Source: Macrostomum lignano
Lineage: Eukaryota
Length of the DNA: 64,000 nt
NCBI GenBank assembly: GCA_002269645.1
Contig: NIVC01003521.1
Span: 29,156-93,155 of the forward strand
Direction of reading: 5' to 3'
How positions within the stretch are numbered: the first letter of the stretch is position 1; each line of letters begins with the position of its first letter. This document shows, piece by piece, positions 1-15,613 of this stretch. The notes beneath the pieces were generated by a model. It was not told where the DNA came from. It saw only the letters and a list, made by a program, of their open reading frames with translations, and made no database searches. A program made the position numbers and the translations under genes.

Positions 1-3097
<3,097 letters not shown>

Positions 3098-3734
3098 GGA
3101 AGGAACCTTTTGCTGAGGAAAAAGTTTTTTCACTTTTGTTAAACAATTCATATCCACCTCTGGAAGACTGGATCTTGCGCCAGGATCTACAGATTTTTTT
3201 GTTCTAAAACTTTTGTTTATTTAATTTTATTTTCCGTTGAATATCAAACGTTTTAGTTGCAAGATTTTTTGCATACTACTTAGTTGATTTTTTGAGTATT
3301 TTATTTGCGAATTATTGCTCATAAAAAGTGATTTCATTTAATATTATTTAGAATTTAGAACCTGTATTTAGAACGCGTTTTATTCAGTCTATCATACTAG
3401 TTATCTCAATGATTTTTCAATATCGATTCCATATTCTAAGAGGATTTTTAATAGCTCAAATGCTTCTCTTTTTGTAAATCTTTTTTTTTTCAATTCAAGT
3501 GATTAAAATGCAAAAAAATTACGCAATACACTGTAAGTTGTGAAGCCAATTTGCAAACATTAATTTAAATTTGTTTTGCGAAATCACATTTTATTCAACC
3601 ATTAAGACAGAAGTAAATATTCTGGGGATATCACAGATATGTAATAAATCTATTGCATTACTTTGCATAGTATCTGTGGGCAGAATAAGCTTAGCTAATA
3701 ATCTCATCGAATCTATTCTTCTCAGCTCGTCTTG

Positions 3735-4350
3735 ATCTCAGCTCGTCTAATCTTGGCTTGTCTAATCTCAGCTTTTGTAATCTCAGCTCATCTAATCTCT
3801 GCTTCTTATATCTAATCTCAATTCGTCAAATCTCAACTCATCCAATCTCAGCTCAACTAATCTCAGCGCATCTAATCTCAGCTCGCCTAATCTCTGTTCA
3901 ACTAATCTCAACTCGTCTAATCTCAGCTAATCTAATCTCAGCTTGTCTAATCGCAGCTCATCTAATTTCGGCTTGTCTAATCCCAGCTCATCTAATCTCA
4001 GCTTGTCTAATCCCAGCTCATCTAATCTCAGCTTGTCTATCTCAGCTCATCTGATCTCGGCTTGTCTAATCCCAGCTCATCTAATCTCGGCTTGTCTAAT
4101 CCCAGCTCATCTAATCTCGGCTTGTCTAATCTCAGCTCATCTAATCTCGGCTTGTCTAATATCAGCTCGTCTAATCTGGGTTTGTCTAATCTCAGCTCAT
4201 CTAATCTTAGCTCGTCTGATCTCAGCTCATCTAATCTCGGGTTTTATAACCTCAGCTCATCTAATCTTAGCTCGTCTGATCTCAGCTCATCTAATCTCGG
4301 GTTTTATAATCTTAGCTCATGTAATCTCGGTTTATCTAATCTTAATAATC
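3735..4350 (+). repeat. Degenerate intergenic tandem repeat (CTAATCTCAGCTCAT / CTAATCTCGGCTTGT)
   Basis: Recurrent 10-15-bp units between SGK and the phosphatase gene. Confidence 0.85.
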
Positions 4351-4671
4351 TCAGATTGTTTTTTGAAAACCGCCTTTATAGCGCTTTTTAATTAAGAACT
4401 AAGAATTAAAATAAACGCACAACCTAAATGCATACGCAAGATGCATGCTATCTTTATTCAGCGAACTTCCTCATTACCATAGACAGTAGCTGGAACTCCA
4501 ATCTTTCTAGCCGCGTGAGGGCTGCCAACTGCTGCCCACTAACTGGGGGGATTTGCTATTGCAGACAGACACTAATTAAATAAGAAATGCTTCCGCTGTC
4601 TCCCGAAATGTGAGACAATTGGTTGCTGAATTTAATAAAGAACTAGGTACCAATCAATCAGGACAGCAGCC

Positions 4672-7600
4672 ATGCAAGTCAACCAGATGGACAGCCAGTT
4701 AAAGACGCCCAAAGTCCGCAGCAACGAGCCCTGCTGCGCGGCCGTTCGCAGTTCCAACTTGCCGAAGAACGAAGACGGCAGTCTCAAGATGAAAGCGTTT
4801 TACAGCTACCTGCCCAGCGGCAAATACCGGGACGAGATGCTGAAGTACTCCGACTTGTCTGTGCTGTTCGGCAAGCTCAAGTACAACGCGTTCTTTAATC
4901 GATTTGCTGAGGATCGCCTGCTGCGAGGCGCGCACGACGGGGACTCGCGGCTGCGCTTCTCTCAGGCTAGGTACGCGCGTGAATTGCTCTCATGTGGCGG
5001 CAATTCCGAGGAAAATCCGCGGGAATGCCGCGGCTGCCTTTAGCTTTTGGCCTTCTTAGCCAGAATCTTGGCTGGGACATAAAAGAAAAGAAGAGAGAAG
5101 AAACGGAAACCGCGGTAGATATTTGGGGGGGGGGTCAAGAGAGTGAGGAGGGACAGGCCGGTAGAGAGATGCGGGGGAGGAGGGTGAGAAGGGAGGAGGG
5201 GCAGAGGCCGGTAGAGAGATGCGGGGGGAGTGTGAGAAGGGAGGAGGGGCAGAGAGGCCGGTAGAGAGATGCTGGGAGAGAGGACAGGGGAAGAGGGACA
5301 GAGGCCGGAAGCTAATGCAATCTAATATTAATATTATATTTTTGCGTGCGAACTGCGCAGGCTAAAGATAGTCTGGGGCCCGGACACCAAGGAGGACGAG
5401 CTGAATGCCTACCGCATCATGGTGCTGCTCATGCTAGTCCGCTACTCGTTGATGCGCCACGACAGCTGCGAGGATCTGCCAGCGCCAGCCTACGTCATCA
5501 CGGATATCCACGGGCAGTTCAGCGACCTGCTGGAATGGCTGTACAGGATTGGCGGGCCGGAGCACTGCGACACTAACTTGGTCTGCTGCGGTGAGTAGCT
5601 GGGAACTATGGCTATCTGATGCAAACGGTACCTAAGCCAAGAAGCGTCTCAGAGTCACATGCGTCATCCCAGAGTCACATGCGTCATCCCAGAGTCACAT
5701 GCGTCATCCCAGAGTCACATGCGTCATCCCAGAGTCACATGCGTCATCCCAGAGTCACATGCGTCATCCCAGAGTCACATGCGTCATCCCAGAGTCACAT
5801 GCGTCATCCCAGAGTCACATGCGTCATCCCAGAGTCACATGCGTCATCCCAGAGTCACATGCGTCATCCCAGAGTCGTTTCAGAGTCGTTTCAGGTAGCA
5901 TGGATGAAGTAGGAAAGAAGTGACATGACTCTAGACGATTCTTAAACAACGAGATGTCACGGTACAAGTCGCCTAAAAGTCGCCAAATAGTCGCCTAAAA
6001 GTCTATTTGAAGCATTTTTATCGTCCACGACTCTGGGGCGTTGCATAAAACGACTTTAGCTCTTGGAAGATTTTTCGAGCGTGATGCGCTCGTGACTTAA
6101 CTGTTGTTTGCGTTGCATTTCAGTCGTTAAAGTTGTTAAAAAGTCACAAGAATCGCCCAAGAGTCGATGGAGTCACTTGTGAGCTGCCTGAAGTGACTCT
6201 TTATAGCGATTCTTGTTAACTTTTTCAACGGGTTGGCTAGTTTTACCGTAGATTGAACCCGAAAGTCAGTGACATTGAGCAGGAGAGTCAGTGATATTGA
6301 GCAGGAGAGTCAGTGACATTGAGCAGGAGAGTCAGTGATATTGAGCAGGAGAGTCAGTGATATTGAGCAGGAGAGTCAGTGACATTGAGCAGGAGAGTCA
6401 GTGACATTGGGCAGGAGAGTCAGTGACATTGGGCAGGAGAGGCAGTGACATTGAGCAGGAGAGTCAGTGACATTGGGGCATTGGGCAGGAGAGTCAGTGA
6501 CATTGAGCAGGAGAGTCAGTGACATTGGGGCATTGGGCAGGAGAGTCAGTGACATTGAGTAGGAGAGTCAGTGACATTGAGCAGGAGAGTCAGTGACATT
6601 GAGCAGGAGAGTCAGTGACATTGAGCAGGAGAGTCAGTGATATTGAGCAGGAGAGTCAGTGATATTGAGCAGGAGAGTCAGTGACATTGAGCAGGAGAGT
6701 CAGTGACATTGGGCAGGAGAGTCAGTGACATTGGGCAGGAGAGGCAGTGACATTGAGCAGGAGAGTCAGTGACATTGGGGCATTGGGCAGGAGAGTCAGT
6801 GACATTGAGCAGGAGAGTCAGTGACATTGGGGCATTGGGCAGGAGAGTCAGTGACATTGAGTAGGAGAGTCAGTGACATTGAGCAGGAGAGTCAGTGACA
6901 TTGAGCAGGAGAGTCAGTGACATTGAGCAGGAGAGTCAGTGACATTGAGCAGGAGAGTCAGTGACATTGAGCAGGAGAGTCAGTGACATTGAGCAGGAGA
7001 GTCAGTGACAGACATTGAGCAGGAGAGTCAGTGACATTGAGCAGGAGAGGCAGTGACATTGCGCATGAGTCAGTGGGATAATTCCGTAGAAGCAGCGGTG
7101 GGATTTCTTCACTCCGCTCTCATCGCCGACGCCCGCAGGCGACATGGTGGACAGGGGGCCGCAGCAGCTGGAGACGGTGTGCCTGTTCCTCTACTATAAG
7201 CTGCGCTATCCCTCCCGCGTGTTCATCCTGCGCGGCAACCACGAGGACTTTGAACTGCACGAGACCTACGGGTTCTACGCTGAGATTGAGGAGCGATTCC
7301 ACGGTGGGTGTTCTTTGGAAAGCCAGATCCCAGATCCCGAATGGGAAATCTCAGATCAGTAAGATCCCAGATCCCGAATGGGAAATCTCAGACCAGCAAG
7401 ATCCCAAATCCCGAATTGGAAATCTCAGACAAGAAGATCCCAGATCCCGAATAGGAACCTCAGGTCACTTTAAGATCTCAGATCCCCAAGCAGAGATCCT
7501 CTTAATCCTTTTTAAGATTGTATACTACTCCAATATAAGAAATTTCTAATTACAGGAGTCGTATATACCTATGCGTAAGATATCCCCTAGATCAGCACTA

Positions 7601-8979
7601 GACAGTACAATTATGAAACACTGAAAATGATTTCTTAGAATCTTATTCAAAAAGCCGCTTGAATACCGCAGAGAATGCCGTCAACGCGGGCCACCGTCGC
7701 CTGGCGCACGGGCTTTGGCGCATGTTCATCCACGTGTTCGACTACCTGCCCGTGGCCTGCGTGCTCGAGCAGCGGATTCTCTGCCTGCACGGCGGCCTCA
7801 GCCCCGCCCTGTCAGCCTGCCGCACCTGCCAGCGCCAATGCGAGCGCTGCCCGCTGGGCACCGTCTGTCAGCGGCACAAGGCCCAGCTGGCGCCTGGGGC
7901 GCTGACCTCCTATCTCAACTGGAAGGTGAAAATCCCCCCTGCCAAGTGCTAGGTCAGTCTAGCAATCCAGTGATATTTGAGCTCAGTCTAGCAAACCAGT
8001 GATATTTGAGCTCAGTCTAGCAATCCAGTGATGTTTGAGCTCAGTCTAGCAATCCAGTGATATTTGAGCTCAGTCTAGCAATCCAGTGATATTTGAGCTC
8101 AGTCTAGCAAACCAGTGATATTTGAGCTCAGTCTAGCAATCCAGTGGTGTTTGAGCTCAGTCTAGCAATCCAGTGATATTTGAGCTCAGTCTAGCAATCC
8201 AGTGGTGTTTGAGCTCAGTCTAGCAATCCTTGGGGTCCATGGCCCAGTCCAAAACTCAAGTGGTCCCTGCAGCCCAGTCCAAAACTCAAGTGATCCCTGC
8301 AGCCCAGTCCAAAACTCAAGCGGTCCCTGCAGCCCAGTCCAAAACTCAAGTGGTCCCTGCAGCCCAGTCCAAAACTCAAGTGGTCCCTGCAGCCCAGTCC
8401 AAAACTCAAGTGGTCCCTGCAGCCCAGTCCAAAACTCAAGTGGTCCCTGCCGCCCAGTCCAAAACTCAAGTGGTTCCTGCAGCCCAGTCCAGCAACGTCA
8501 CCCTGCCGGATCTGCAGGTGCGCCGGCCAGTCCAAGTCGGCTCCTCCGGATTCGTGTCGAGCAGCCGAGAGACGCAGCGCTCCCTAAGCCTGCTGAACCA
8601 CTCCGCCTACGATTTCGTGCTGTCCGACCTGCTCTGGTCCGACCCGATGCACCACGGCATGCCCTACATGAGCCCGAACGACGCCAACTGGACGTCCCTC
8701 CGAGGCTGGCACTTCAACTCGGAGCGCCAGATTGCGTACACGTTCGGCTTCGACGCCATCGAGAAGACCATGCAGCAGTTCAACTTGGCCTGCCTGATCC
8801 GCGGCCACGAGACCAAGCCGGCCGGCTACGAGTGGCACTACCTCAAGCGTTGCGTCACCGTCTTTAGCGCGCCTAATTACACCGGCGGCAACGCTGCCAC
8901 GGTTGCCTTGGTTACCGAACGATGCAACGGCATCCGTAAGAGGAATCTCCGCATCGACCTGGTCATGTTTCCCACCTGA
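4672..8979 (+). CDS. Divergent PP1-like Ser/Thr phosphoprotein phosphatase (~469 aa); exons 4672-4970, 5361-5590, 7139-7303, 7672-7925, 8518-8979
   Basis: Phase-compatible splicing gives PPP motifs [46 protein letters not shown]. Confidence 0.88.
5650..5875 (+). repeat. Intronic minisatellite, 20-bp unit GAGTCACATGCGTCATCCCA
   Basis: About 11 perfect tandem copies. Confidence 0.95.
6270..7060 (+). repeat. Intronic minisatellite, 22-bp unit GACATTGAGCAGGAGAGTCAGT
   Basis: Tandem array with recurring variant blocks. Confidence 0.95.
7955..8490 (+). repeat. Two abutting intronic minisatellites: 29-bp (TCAGTCTAGCAATCCAGTGATATTTGAGC, ~7955-8228) and 30-bp (GCCCAGTCCAAAACTCAAGTGGTCCCTGCA, ~8241-8490)
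   Basis: Both visible directly in the last phosphatase intron; the second ends just before the acceptor at 8517. Confidence 0.92.
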
Positions 8980-9940
8980 ACCGTTTGACTGTGAAGTCAC
9001 ACGTGACTCGATTTTTTCTCGACAGGAAATAAAAAAACTACTTTTTTTCTACAAATTTTTAGTTCAATACACAGCCACACGAGAGACTGGAGGGAGTTTC
9101 CTTTTCTCTATTTAGTCAAGATGGCGCTGCTGTCGTTGTTTCGCGTTAATCTCAATCAATTTTGGGTGGTAAAATTACCTAAACAGAGCTACTAATACTG
9201 AAAGAAGTAATATTTTAAGCGAATAGAATAATTGGGACGGGTCGGGCTCAATGAAATTCGAAGCTAATGGGCACCACGTCACAACGTGTACACACTCTGG
9301 TACGTATAAATGCAAGATACTCATTTGTACGACAGGCAGGACCGCACGCACAGCTATTCAGAAACATAAAAATGCGCATTTCGTGTTCTTCCTCCTCCTC
9401 TCTCTAGACTAGACTAGACCTGGGCTAGACTAAATTCTGAATGGCAAATTATATGGCCTTAAACTCGAAGCAGAAGAGACTACCCCCCCCCCCAAATTTG
9501 TTTTTCTGAGTCAGTTCTTTCGTCTGTCATGCTCTTCAATCTACCGAAATATTTAGCCACCTTATGAGGTTTAAAATATGCGTTAGTTTTTCAGTAATTC
9601 CAACAGTCATCGAGGACGTACAGTCGGCCTACTAAACGCTTTAACCTTCATAGGGAAAATAACGACGGGGAAATTGTTTTCAGTATACCTTGTTTGATAT
9701 TTTTCTGACACTAATTGTCGAAAGTGTGCTCTCTGTCTAGTTTAACGTCTAGTGAAGAACCAATCCTTGGACAGCTGAAGCAGAGGGACGCTACACACTC
9801 GGTTTTAATAGAAGTGAGCTGTAGGCCTATAAAAAATCTGCTTTCTCCAGAGCACACTAAATGCACTGGCGAAGCGACAAATATGCGATTCTTACCGGCC
9901 TCCAGCTCATTGCTAAGAAAGCCGAGTGGTAGCGTCCTTC

Positions 9941-10291
9941 GGGACGCTTTCATAAGACCTAAATTTCACAACGCCTAAAACCACCACACTTCACATCGCC
10001 TAAATTTCATATCGCGTAAATTTCACAACGCCTAAAATCTTTGCTTCTCTCCTTCACATTCAGTTTTAGGTGTTGTGAAATTTAGGCGATATGAAGTTTA
10101 GGCGATATGAAAGAGCATGCAGATTTTTAGGCGTTGTGAAATTTAGGCGATATGAAGTTTAGGCGATATGAAAGAGCATGCAGATTTTTAGGCGTTGTGA
10201 AATTTAGGCGATATGAAATTTAGGCGATATGAAGTAGGATGCATTTTCAGTTTTAGGCGTTATGAAATTTAGGTCTTATGAAGCGCCCCCC
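9941..10291. mobile_element. MITE / non-autonomous TIR element (351 bp) with 8-bp TSD CGTCCTTC
   Basis: CGTCCTTC at 9933-9940 and 10292-10299. Termini GGGACGCTTTCATAAGACCTAAATTTCACAACGCCTAAAA and its near-perfect reverse complement. Internal repeats of the TTTAGGCG motif. Confidence 0.85.
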
Positions 10292-10895
10292 CGTCCTTCT
10301 ACTGCAGTTGCCCATGTTAGGAGGACCTCTCAGCACCCCTGTGTTTCTCTGCAAGCAAGCAAAGCAAAGCAAAAGCAAAGCAAAAGAGCCGCCGTAGAGC
10401 CAGCAGGGGTTGGTTGAAGCGAGAGAAAACTGACTGCAGCTCGGAGAGGAGAGGAGAGAGCGGGGAGGCTGGCTGGGGCCCGAGCGGGGGCTCGGCAGGG
10501 CAGGCCTGAGCAGGGAGAGCTGAGCAGTCAAGCTGACAATGGAGCTCGGGGGTTGGGGTGGGGCTCGACTCCAAAGGCTAGGAGAGAAGAGATTGAGAGG
10601 AGGAGCCAACCATTGGTGAGCGCATTTCTTCATTTCTTCGTCGTTGTTCGAAATTCTAAATAGCTGAGAAGGCGGGCTAGGTGGTAGATCGAGTCCAAAC
10701 GCTTGCTTGGCGGTTATTAATCAGAACAGAGAGCTGAAAATTTGAGTCCTTCTGGAGAGTGGACAGTTTTTAGCAGAGTAAAACAGAGCAGAGCTTTGTG
10801 GAAAGACTTTGCGTTTGTTTAACAAACTGACGGCGATATGGTGAGCATCTGGGTTTTTGCCATTCGGATTTTCATCTGTTTTCGTCTTGGATAAA

Positions 10896-11782
10896 CAGAT
10901 CAAACACAGTCACGGTCAGAGCAGACAGCACACCACTGACAGATCAAACACAGTCACGGTCAGAGCAGACAGCACACCACTGACAGATCAAACACAGTCA
11001 CGGTCAGAGCAGACAACACACCACTGACTGACAGATCAAACACAGTTCACGGTCAGAGCAGACAGCACACCACTGACAGATCAAACACAGTCACGGTCAG
11101 AGCAGACAACACACCACTGACAGATCAAACACAGTCACGGTCAGAGCAGACAACACACCACTGACTGACAGATCAAACACAGTTCACGGTCAGAGCAGAC
11201 AACACACCACTGACTGACAGATCAAACACAGTTCACGGTCAGAGCAGACAACACACCACTGACTGACAGATCAAACACAGTTCACGGTCAGAGCAGACGG
11301 CACACCACTGACAGATCAAACACAGCCACGGTCAGAGCAGACAACACACCACTGACTGACAGATCAAACACAGTCACGGTCAGAGCAGACAGCACACCAC
11401 TGACAGATCAAACACAGTCACGGTCAGAGCAGACAGCACACCACTGACAGATCAAACACAGTTCACGGTCAGAGCAGACAACACACCACTGACTGACAGA
11501 TCAAACACAGTTCACGGTCAGAGCAGACGGCACACCACTGACAGATCAAACACAGCTCACGGTCAGAGCAGACAGCACACCACTGACAGATCAAACACAG
11601 TCACGGTCAAAGCAGACAGCACACCACTGACAGATCAAACACAGCTCACGGTCAGAGCAGACAGCACACCACTGACTGACAGATCAAACACAGTTCACGG
11701 TCAGAGCAGACGGCACACCACTGACTGACAGATCAAACGCAGCTCACGGTCAGAGCAGACGGCACACCACTGACAGATCAAA
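10896..11782 (+). repeat. Minisatellite, 44-49-bp unit (CAGATCAAACACAGTCACGGTCAGAGCAGACAGCACACCACTGA)
   Basis: About 19 tandem copies just upstream of the EF-hand start exon; no unique spacers. Confidence 0.92.
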
Positions 11783-11858
11783 AGCCAGTAACATTTACGC
11801 TCAAATTTCACTGGCATAACATGCCGATCCGCAATACTTTGGCACGCAGGAGCCAGGC

Positions 11859-14800
11859 ATGGACTTTCATCAGGCGTTTCAGGCCATCGACACCGACCAC
11901 TCCGGTGAGATCTCGGTCGAGGAGCTGGAAGAGTAAGTTGCTGGGGATTTTTCAGCTAGCATGCAGGACTGTGAGAGCATGAGTAAAGACAGAATGAATG
12001 TAACAGTCGAATCGCTCACAAATTTGGCATTTCAAGCTACTGCAAGAAGATGAACTACAAAGACACGTTCGTGAAAAAGTGGCTGAACCTGTTCGACGAG
12101 GACGAGAGCGGCACAATCACCTACGACGAGTACTGCAACACCCTTGGGCTAATTCCCAAACAGGAGGTCGTTGAGAAGCACAAGGTGCAGCAAACCAAGG
12201 TGAGGCTGGCTAATTTGATGCTCTGCAACAAAACTACATAGAACTTTTCAAATTTTCTAATTTCGAAGGTTTTTGTTGACGATTGTTGGGAAAATAATCT
12301 TTGTCTAATAACAACAAACCAACAAAATTCGTGTGCAGCAAGCCAATTTGAAATGAAATAGGAAATTGTAATTAAATTAACACAGTTTGTTATTGAATGA
12401 AACCTAATTGCATGCAAGTCCACCAAATTGCAATCGAGTCAAACCAAATTGCAATCGAGTCAAACCAAATTGCAATCTAGTCAAACCAAATTGCAATCGA
12501 GTCAAACCGAATTGCAATCGAATCAAACCAAATTACAATCGAATCAAACCAAATTGCAATCTAGTCAAACCAAATTACAATCGAAGCAAACCGAATTGCA
12601 ATCGAATCAAACGAAATTGCAATTGAATCAAACCAAATTACAATCGAATCAAACCAAATTGCAATCGAATCAAACCAAATTACAATCGAAGCAAACCAAA
12701 TTGCAATCGAATCAAACCAAATTGCAATCTAGTCAAACCAAAATACAATCGAAGCAAACCGAATTGCAATCGAATCAAACCAAATTACAATCGAATCAAA
12801 CCAAATTGCAATCGAATCAAACCAAATTACAATCGAATCAAACCAAATTGCAATCGAGTCAAACCAAATTGCAATTGAATCAAACCAAATTACAATCGAA
12901 TCAAACCAAATTGCAATCGAATCAAACCAAATTACAATCGAATCAAACCAAATTGCAATCTAGTCAAACCAAATTACAATCGAAGCAAACCGAATTGCAA
13001 TCGAATCAAACGAAATTGCAATCGAATCAAACCAAATTGCAATCGAGTCAAACCAAATTACAATCGAATCAAACCAAATTGCAATCTAGTCAAACCAAAT
13101 TACAATCGAAGCAAACCAAATTGCAATCGAATCAAACGAAATTACAATCGAATCAAACCAAATTACAATCGAATCAAACCAAATTACAATCGAATCAAAC
13201 CAAATTGCAATCGAGTCAAACCAAATTGCAATTGAATCAAACCAAATTACAATCGAATCAAACCAAATTGCAATCGAATCAAACCAAATTACAATCGAAG
13301 CAAACCAAATTACAATCGAATCAAACCAAATTGCAATCTAGTCAAACCAAAATACAATCGAAGCAAACCGAATTGCAATCGAATCAAACCAAATTACAAT
13401 CGAATCAAACCAAATTGCAATCGAATCAAACCAAATTACAATCGAATCAAACCAAATTGCAATCGAGTCAAACCAAATTGCAATTGAATCAAACCAAATT
13501 ACAATCGAATCAAACCAAATTGCAATCGAATCAAACCAAATTACAATCGAATCAAACCAAATTGCAATCTAGTCAAACCAAATTACAATCGAAGCAAACC
13601 GAATTGCAATCGAATCAAACGAAATTGCAATCGAATCAAACCAAATTGCAATCGAGTCAAACCAAATTACAATCGAATCAAACCAAATTGCAATCTAGTC
13701 AAACCAAATTACAATCGAAGCAAACCGAATTACAAGCGAGTCAAACCAAATTGCAATCGAGTCAAACCAAATTGCAATCAAGTCAAACCAAATTACAATC
13801 GAGTCAAACCAAATTACAAGCGAGTCATACCAAATTGCAATCGAGTCAAACCAAATTGCAATCGAGTCAAACCAAATTGCAATCGAGTCAAACCAAATTG
13901 CAATCGAGTCAAATCATATTGCAATCGAGTCAGACCAAATTGCAAGCAACTCAAACCACATTGCAATTAAATTGCATGGAAGTCACAACCTGCCCAAAAA
14001 ACATTTCAGCAAGCTGCCGGCGGCAGCGCCAGCGGTAGCGCAGTCTCTACAACAAAGACAACTACAAAGACTACAACAAAGACGTCAGTAAAGGGATCAG
14101 CAAGCACGTCGAAGCAAGGACGCAGCCGCAACGAGGCCCTGAGCGGCACCGTGCTGATGAAGCTGAGCAGGGCGCGCATGTTCCAGCGCAAGGCCATCTA
14201 CCGGCTGAAGAAGAAGCTGGCCCGCAGCAGCGGAAAATCGGCCACCGCCGCATCCGCCTCGAAGGTGCAGCTGACGGAGAAGGTCATCGGCGGCGAGAAG
14301 AACGGTGGCAAGCGTCTGGTGCCGGACCGGCGGTCGCCGAGGAGTCTGCCAACCAGCGTGCCGCATCGCTACTCGCCGCCGCGGCCGACCAAGTGCTTCA
14401 AGGATCACAAGCGGCGTCTGAGGGCCTCCATCACGCCTGGCACGGTGCTGATCCTCCTTGCTGGCCGGCACCGCGGCAAGCGGGTCGTCTTCCTTCGCCA
14501 GCTGTCCAGCGGCCTCCTGCTGGTCACCGGGCCGTTGAAGTTCAACGGCTGTCCTCTGCGTCGCATTGCTCAGAGCTACGTTATCGCTACGAAGACGCAA
14601 ATCGACATCAGCGGAGTCAGCCTGCCGGAGAGAGTCAACGACGCTTATTTCCGCCGGTGAGCAATACGAGCGCGCGTTGTAGTCAAGTAGCTTTTTGTTG
14701 TAGCACTGGTAGTTAGAGAGGGCTGAGGATTCTCCGTGAAAACTGAATTGACGTCTGGTTAGGACCACGGACCTAAATGTACAGGGAAGACAGCTAAGTG

Positions 14801-15613
14801 CAGGTTCATCAGGAAAGAATACTGTCTGGGCTGGCTGTGGTAAGACTACGGGGTCATTAATTGGATAAGACTACGGGGTCATTGAGTAAGACTACGGGGT
14901 CATTGGGTAAGACTACGGGGTCATTGGGTAAGACTACGGGGTCATTGGGTAAGACTACGGGGTCATTGGGTAAGACTACGGGGTCATTGGGTAAGACTAC
15001 GGGGTCATTGGGTAAGACTACGGGGTCATTGGGTAAGACTACGGGGTCATTGGGTAAGACTACGGGGTCATTGGGTAAGACTACGGGGTCATTGGGTAAG
15101 ACTACGGGGTCATTGGGTAAGACTACGGGGTCATTGGGTAAGACTACGGGGTCATTGGGTAAGACTACGGAGTCATTGGGTAAGACTACGGGGTCATTGG
15201 GTAAGACTACGGGGTCATTGGGTAAGACTACGGGGTCATTGGGTAAGACTACGGGGTCATTGGGGCTAGACTACAAGGTCAGTGGGTAAGACTACGCAGT
15301 CATCGGGTAAGACTGGGTTCTAACAAACAGGAAATCCCCAAAGCTAGCACGCATTGAAACTGTGTCTCTCTCTCTCTCTGGCAGGGCCAAGCAGCTGCAG
15401 GCCAAGCGGGCCAAGCCCAGCTCAGCCGATCCGTTCGCCAAGCCGCAGTCGGCCTATCAGCTGGTTGACGAGAGGCGCGAGGACCAGAAGGCGGTGGACT
15501 CGCAGGTGATGACGGCTATTCGAGCATCTCCGGACGCCAAGATGCTGGCCAGCTACATGAGAAGCCTGTTCAGCTTGAGGAACGGGCAGAAGCCGCACGA
15601 GATGGTGTTCTAG
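11859..15613 (+). CDS. RPL6: Predicted EF-hand pair - 60S ribosomal protein L6 (eL6) fusion, 370 aa; exons 11859-11932, 12037-12199, 14010-14656, 15385-15613
   Basis: Exons 1-2 encode [62 protein letters not shown] (two canonical EF loops). Exon 2 ends in phase 0 (AAG|GTGAGG). Exon 3 starts in phase 0 (TTTCAG|CAA) in the eL6 frame: [25 protein letters not shown]...GGEKNGGKR...[29 protein letters not shown]...[19 protein letters not shown]. The two domain calls are strong; the fusion itself is inferred from splice phase. Confidence 0.78.
12422..13960 (+). repeat. 21-bp minisatellite (CAATCGAATCAAACCAAATTG) with a 609-bp higher-order duplication
   Basis: About 73 units; the diagnostic variant AAATACAATC recurs at 12741 and 13350 (29 units apart). 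Confidence 0.95.
14840..15310 (+). repeat. Intronic minisatellite, 21-bp unit GGGTAAGACTACGGGGTCATT
   Basis: About 20 near-perfect copies in the last RPL6 intron. Confidence 0.95.

Noticed and set aside
10896-11782. CRISPR-like appearance of the 44-49-bp array (and the 35-bp array at 19340-20137)
   Set aside because: Units are head-to-tail with no unique spacers, there are no cas genes, and the context is eukaryotic
14006-14768. Antisense ORFs over the RPL6 exon (e.g. 223 aa) and over other GC-rich exons
   Set aside because: Shadow ORFs caused by codon bias of the real genes
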